A stretch of DNA of 64,000 nt from the human T2T-CHM13v2.0 reference genome, Homo sapiens. Shown here piece after piece: positions 54,588 through 64,000 of this stretch. The stretch lies in NCBI RefSeq assembly GCF_009914755.1, contig NC_060939.1. One strand, 5' to 3'. The notes under the pieces were generated by a model that saw nothing but the letters and a program-made list of their open reading frames with translations, made no database searches and was not told where the DNA came from. Every line of letters begins with the position of its first letter. The first letter of the stretch is position 1. The position numbers and the translations under genes were made by a program.

Positions 54588-56495
54588 TGATCCACCTGCC
54601 TCTGCCTCCCAAAGTGCTGGGATTACAGGCGTGAGCCACCGCGCCCAGCCAAAATTCCATTTGTAAGTAGGCTGTTTCGAACTCAGAATACACTGGTTCA
54701 TGGAAACAATGTTTACAACTCAGGTTGTAAGCATAGGCGTAAAAGAAGAAACTGAAAGTTCCTGAAGGATGGTTCACTCAAGCAGTATAGGCCCGACTGA
54801 AAAAAAAAAAGTGAGGTCCTGCACAATATTGGTTCAACTACACTATATTAGACCATAACATACGCTCACTAAGGGCAGGGACCATGCCACATTTTGCCCA
54901 TGATGTCTCCTCAAAACTTATCACAGTAACTGGCACATAGTAGGTGCCCAACAATTTGATAACAACTGATGAACTACCCCTAAATCACCAGATATACCAT
55001 ATATTATTTAGCAAAATACATTATAAATGTTAACTCTGGACACCAGAAACACATTTCCTCTTCTCCTCATTCAAGCAGACATATGGGGGACTCCCTCACG
55101 TCTGCCCAGCTCCTGTGGTAGTCCCATTCATGCAGGGAGGCCTTTTTACAAGTTGAGGATCATGAGGAGTACTGCCCTCACCTCTTAGGAGAATGGGAGG
55201 AAACAGTTTACACAGACTTAGATCAAATACAAAAAAGCACTTTCAGCCCGTGAAATCTGCTGTTGACAGTGATGACAGCTGGCAGTCTTGCCTTCTCTGA
55301 AGACACCTCTGGAGCTGGCTCTTTCTCCCAAGTGATGCATTTGTGTCGACTCCCAAATGCACCTCATTAACAGTTACAAAGTCGTGGGAGATCAATTTAG
55401 TACTCAGGTTGGAGTAAAGGAGGGAACTGAAAGTTCCTGAAGGATAGTTCACTCAAGCAGTATAGGCCTGATTAAAAAAAAAAAAGGCCAGGCACGCCTT
55501 TAATCCCAGCACTTTGGGAGGCTGAGGCGGGCAGATCACCCGAGGTCAGGAGTTCGAGACCAGTCTGACCAACATGGTGAAACCCCATCTCTACTAAAAA
55601 TACAAAAATTAGCCAGATGTGGTGGCGTGCGCCTGTGGTTCTAGTACTTGGGAGGCTGAAATAGGAGAATTGCTTGAACCCAGGAGGCAGAGGTTGCAGT
55701 GAGCCGAGATCGCGCCACTGCTCTTCAGCCTGGGCGACAGAGCGAGACTCCGTCTTGGGTGGGGGGGAATCCCTGCCCACCACAGTCTACCAATTTTGTG
55801 AGCACAACACTATGTATTCCTCACTTGGGTGGATTCTGAGCCCCCAAGTCTCCCACCCCCACCCCCTTCCCACGTGTACTGTTCAAACAACTAGGGCTCT
55901 TCTTTCTCAGGAACAGTCTGAGAAATAGGCCCTAGCCACCTATTTGGCCTTGAATACCAAGTGTCCATCAGCTAGACGTTTGTAATTCTTCCCTGAAGGT
56001 GATAATTAGCTCATTCATAAAGAACTGATTCTCAGCAGTCTCGCTCTCAAAGCAGGATTCTACCTGAATTTCTAGTGCCTCACCTGCTCTTTGGCTTTCC
56101 CGTCAGCCTCCGGGAGTCCCTCCCCAGTTCTCAGATATAATTTCATCTCTAAAAGTCCAGACTGAAAATCACATCTGGGAGATGTATTTTTACCTTAAAA
56201 ATCAGTCAAGAAAATGTGGGATCTGGAAGTCTCTCTTGGAAAGAGGGGGCAGAGGGGAGCTGAGCAGAGGGCGAAATCGTGCAGTTTACGCGGAGCTGGG
56301 GACCCCGAGCCTCAGAGCGAGGGGAGGCCGGGAGCAGCGCCCCGGAACTGGCGCCTCACAGACAGCGCGGGGCGGCCGCCACGGTGGCGGGAAGGCCAAG
56401 CGCTGGCCCTGGGTTGTTCTTCACCCATAACCCCTTCACCTGTAACCCCAACAAGCAGCGAAAGGCAGTCCCGGGCCCTCGGCCTCCCCACTCAC

Positions 56496-56600
56496 CCCGT
56501 GCCCATCGCCGGACACAGTCCGTCGGCATAAACTTTCCGTCGGCATAAACTTTCCGTCCGCGCGCCACAGCCGGAACTATAAGGCCGCGCGACAGAAGGG
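56496..56600 (-). other. INTS14: INTS14 non-coding exon 1 (TSS position uncertain)
   Basis: Donor ACGGG|gtgagt at 56496/56495 inside the CpG island. Confidence 0.7.
56519..56558. repeat. 17-bp tandem duplication in INTS14 exon 1 or core promoter
   Basis: TCCGTCGGCATAAACTT twice, then TCCGTC. Confidence 0.97.
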
Positions 56601-57064
56601 AATCCGGCGCCTGCACTCCGCGCTGGGCGGGGCGGTCCTTGGAGAGCTTCAGGGTCGCCCGGGCAGGGTTCTGGCTCATCCCGGAGGGACGCTAGGGGGC
56701 GCGGCCTCTCTTCGCGATGGCCAATCCGCGGCCACCCCTCTCCTCCCACAAATCCCCAACTTCTCTCGAGCCTTGGCTGGGTTTCCTGCCGTGTCTCTCT
56801 GCATTGCCCTGAATCTCTCCCCATTCTCGGGCTCTTTCCTTCCCCTTCTGCCCCACTGACCCATGGGCCTCACCTGGCCCGGTGACTCTGTGTCCGCTTC
56901 ACACTTTTGTCCCCTCACTCCCCTGGGCCCCGTCGGTGCACGAGCCCAACCCTTCCTGCTATTTTCCTCGTCACTCTTTAGCCCCCTCTCTCGTATCCTC
57001 TGAACCGGTTGACAGAATCCTCTTCCTGTTCTTTTTAAACTGCAATTCCTGAACTACAAATCCT

Positions 57065-61099
<4,035 letters not shown>

Positions 61100-61129
61100 C
61101 TATGGATAAAAATTCAAAGTTAATTTTAA

Positions 61130-63276
<2,147 letters not shown>

Positions 63277-63280
63277 CTTC

Positions 63281-63403
63281 TTTTACTAGAGACAGGGTCT
63301 TGCTATGTTGCCCAGGATGGTCTTGAACTCCTAGTCTCAAGCAATCCTCCCTTCTCAGCCTCCCAAAGTGCTGGGATTACAGGAGTGCACCACTGCATCA
63401 GGC
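63281..63403 (-). mobile_element. FLAM/Alu left monomer abutting the L1 5' end
   Basis: gagacagggtcttgctatgttgcccagg...tcccaaagtgctgggattacagg. Confidence 0.85.
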
Positions 63404-64000
63404 AAAATTCAAAGTTTCAAAATAGATGAAGTGAAAAATAAGCATTTGCTTTCCTAGAAGCAACCATACATATCTCCCTGCCTCAAGTATGATTCTAGCC
63501 ACTGGGTTGGAGAAGTGAAATATCAGCATTGTTGTTTGTTTTTGTTTATTCTATATCTATTGGTGACAGAAGTATAGACATTCTTACATATGCTTTGCAA
63601 AATTGTCTCTACGTATGTATGTATATATGTGTATGTATATACATATTATATAGACTATATGATATAACATATATAATACTTTCTACCTAAATGCAATAAT
63701 GTTATATATACTGTTCTGCATCTTGCTTTTATTGTTATTGATTTATTAATATATCTTGGTCATCACCTTCATTCCTTTTAACTGCTGTATATAATTGACT
63801 ATTGTAAAGATGTGCCATTATCATTTATGTAATCAGTTTCCTATTGACATTTAGATTTCAGTTTTTGCTACTACAACCAAAGCTGGAAAGGGCCTGGTAG
63901 ACTAATATAGGGGCTTTTTCTCCAATTGAGATGGGAAGCCACTGGAAATTCTGGCATATAGGAGGGACATTATCTGATTTACAGTTTAACAAGGTCACTT

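Larger units (their letters stand above)
56270..56960. promoter_or_regulatory. CpG-island promoter of INTS14, probably bidirectional
   Basis: Dense CpG/GC; GC box GGGCGGGGCGG ~56625, CCAAT 56721, ETS-like CCGGAA 56571, TCGCGA ~56712; no TATA box. Confidence 0.88.

Noticed and set aside
56182-56918. 80-110 aa ORFs in the CpG island
   Set aside because: Expected from stop-codon depletion in GC-rich DNA; low-complexity Arg/Gly/Pro content

Overview
Human-type (primate) genomic DNA with no prokaryotic features. It holds two spliced genes facing tail-to-tail. On the + strand are the last nine exons of HACD3 (PTPLAD1; p23/CS-domain 3-hydroxyacyl-CoA dehydratase; 272-21778, 3'UTR to ~23750). On the - strand is the complete INTS14 gene (VWA9; 11 coding exons 52778->24807 that splice to a 518-aa ORF, plus a non-coding first exon in a CpG island at ~56.3-56.95 kb). 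From recalled gene order this is 15q22.31, with SLC24A1 beyond the right edge. The rest is repeat-rich: about 40 Alu elements or monomers, a complete THE1 LTR-int-LTR element, MER21 and MLT1 solo LTRs, MER1A, Tigger4a, MER58 and MER3 DNA transposons, L1/L2/MIR remnants and a U13 snoRNA retrocopy. I found no wholly new gene system. The best second-look items are: (i) a GC donor overlapping a GT donor 4 nt away in HACD3, a potential productive/NMD switch; (ii) a 17-bp duplication in INTS14 exon 1 plus two acceptors 17 nt apart, giving combinatorial uORFs or an N-terminal extension; (iii) a tailless tRNA-like insert with a perfect 15-bp target-site duplication; (iv) several non-transposon duplications. 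Repeat subfamily names and exon numbers come from recall, not from a database search, and repeat boundaries are approximate.
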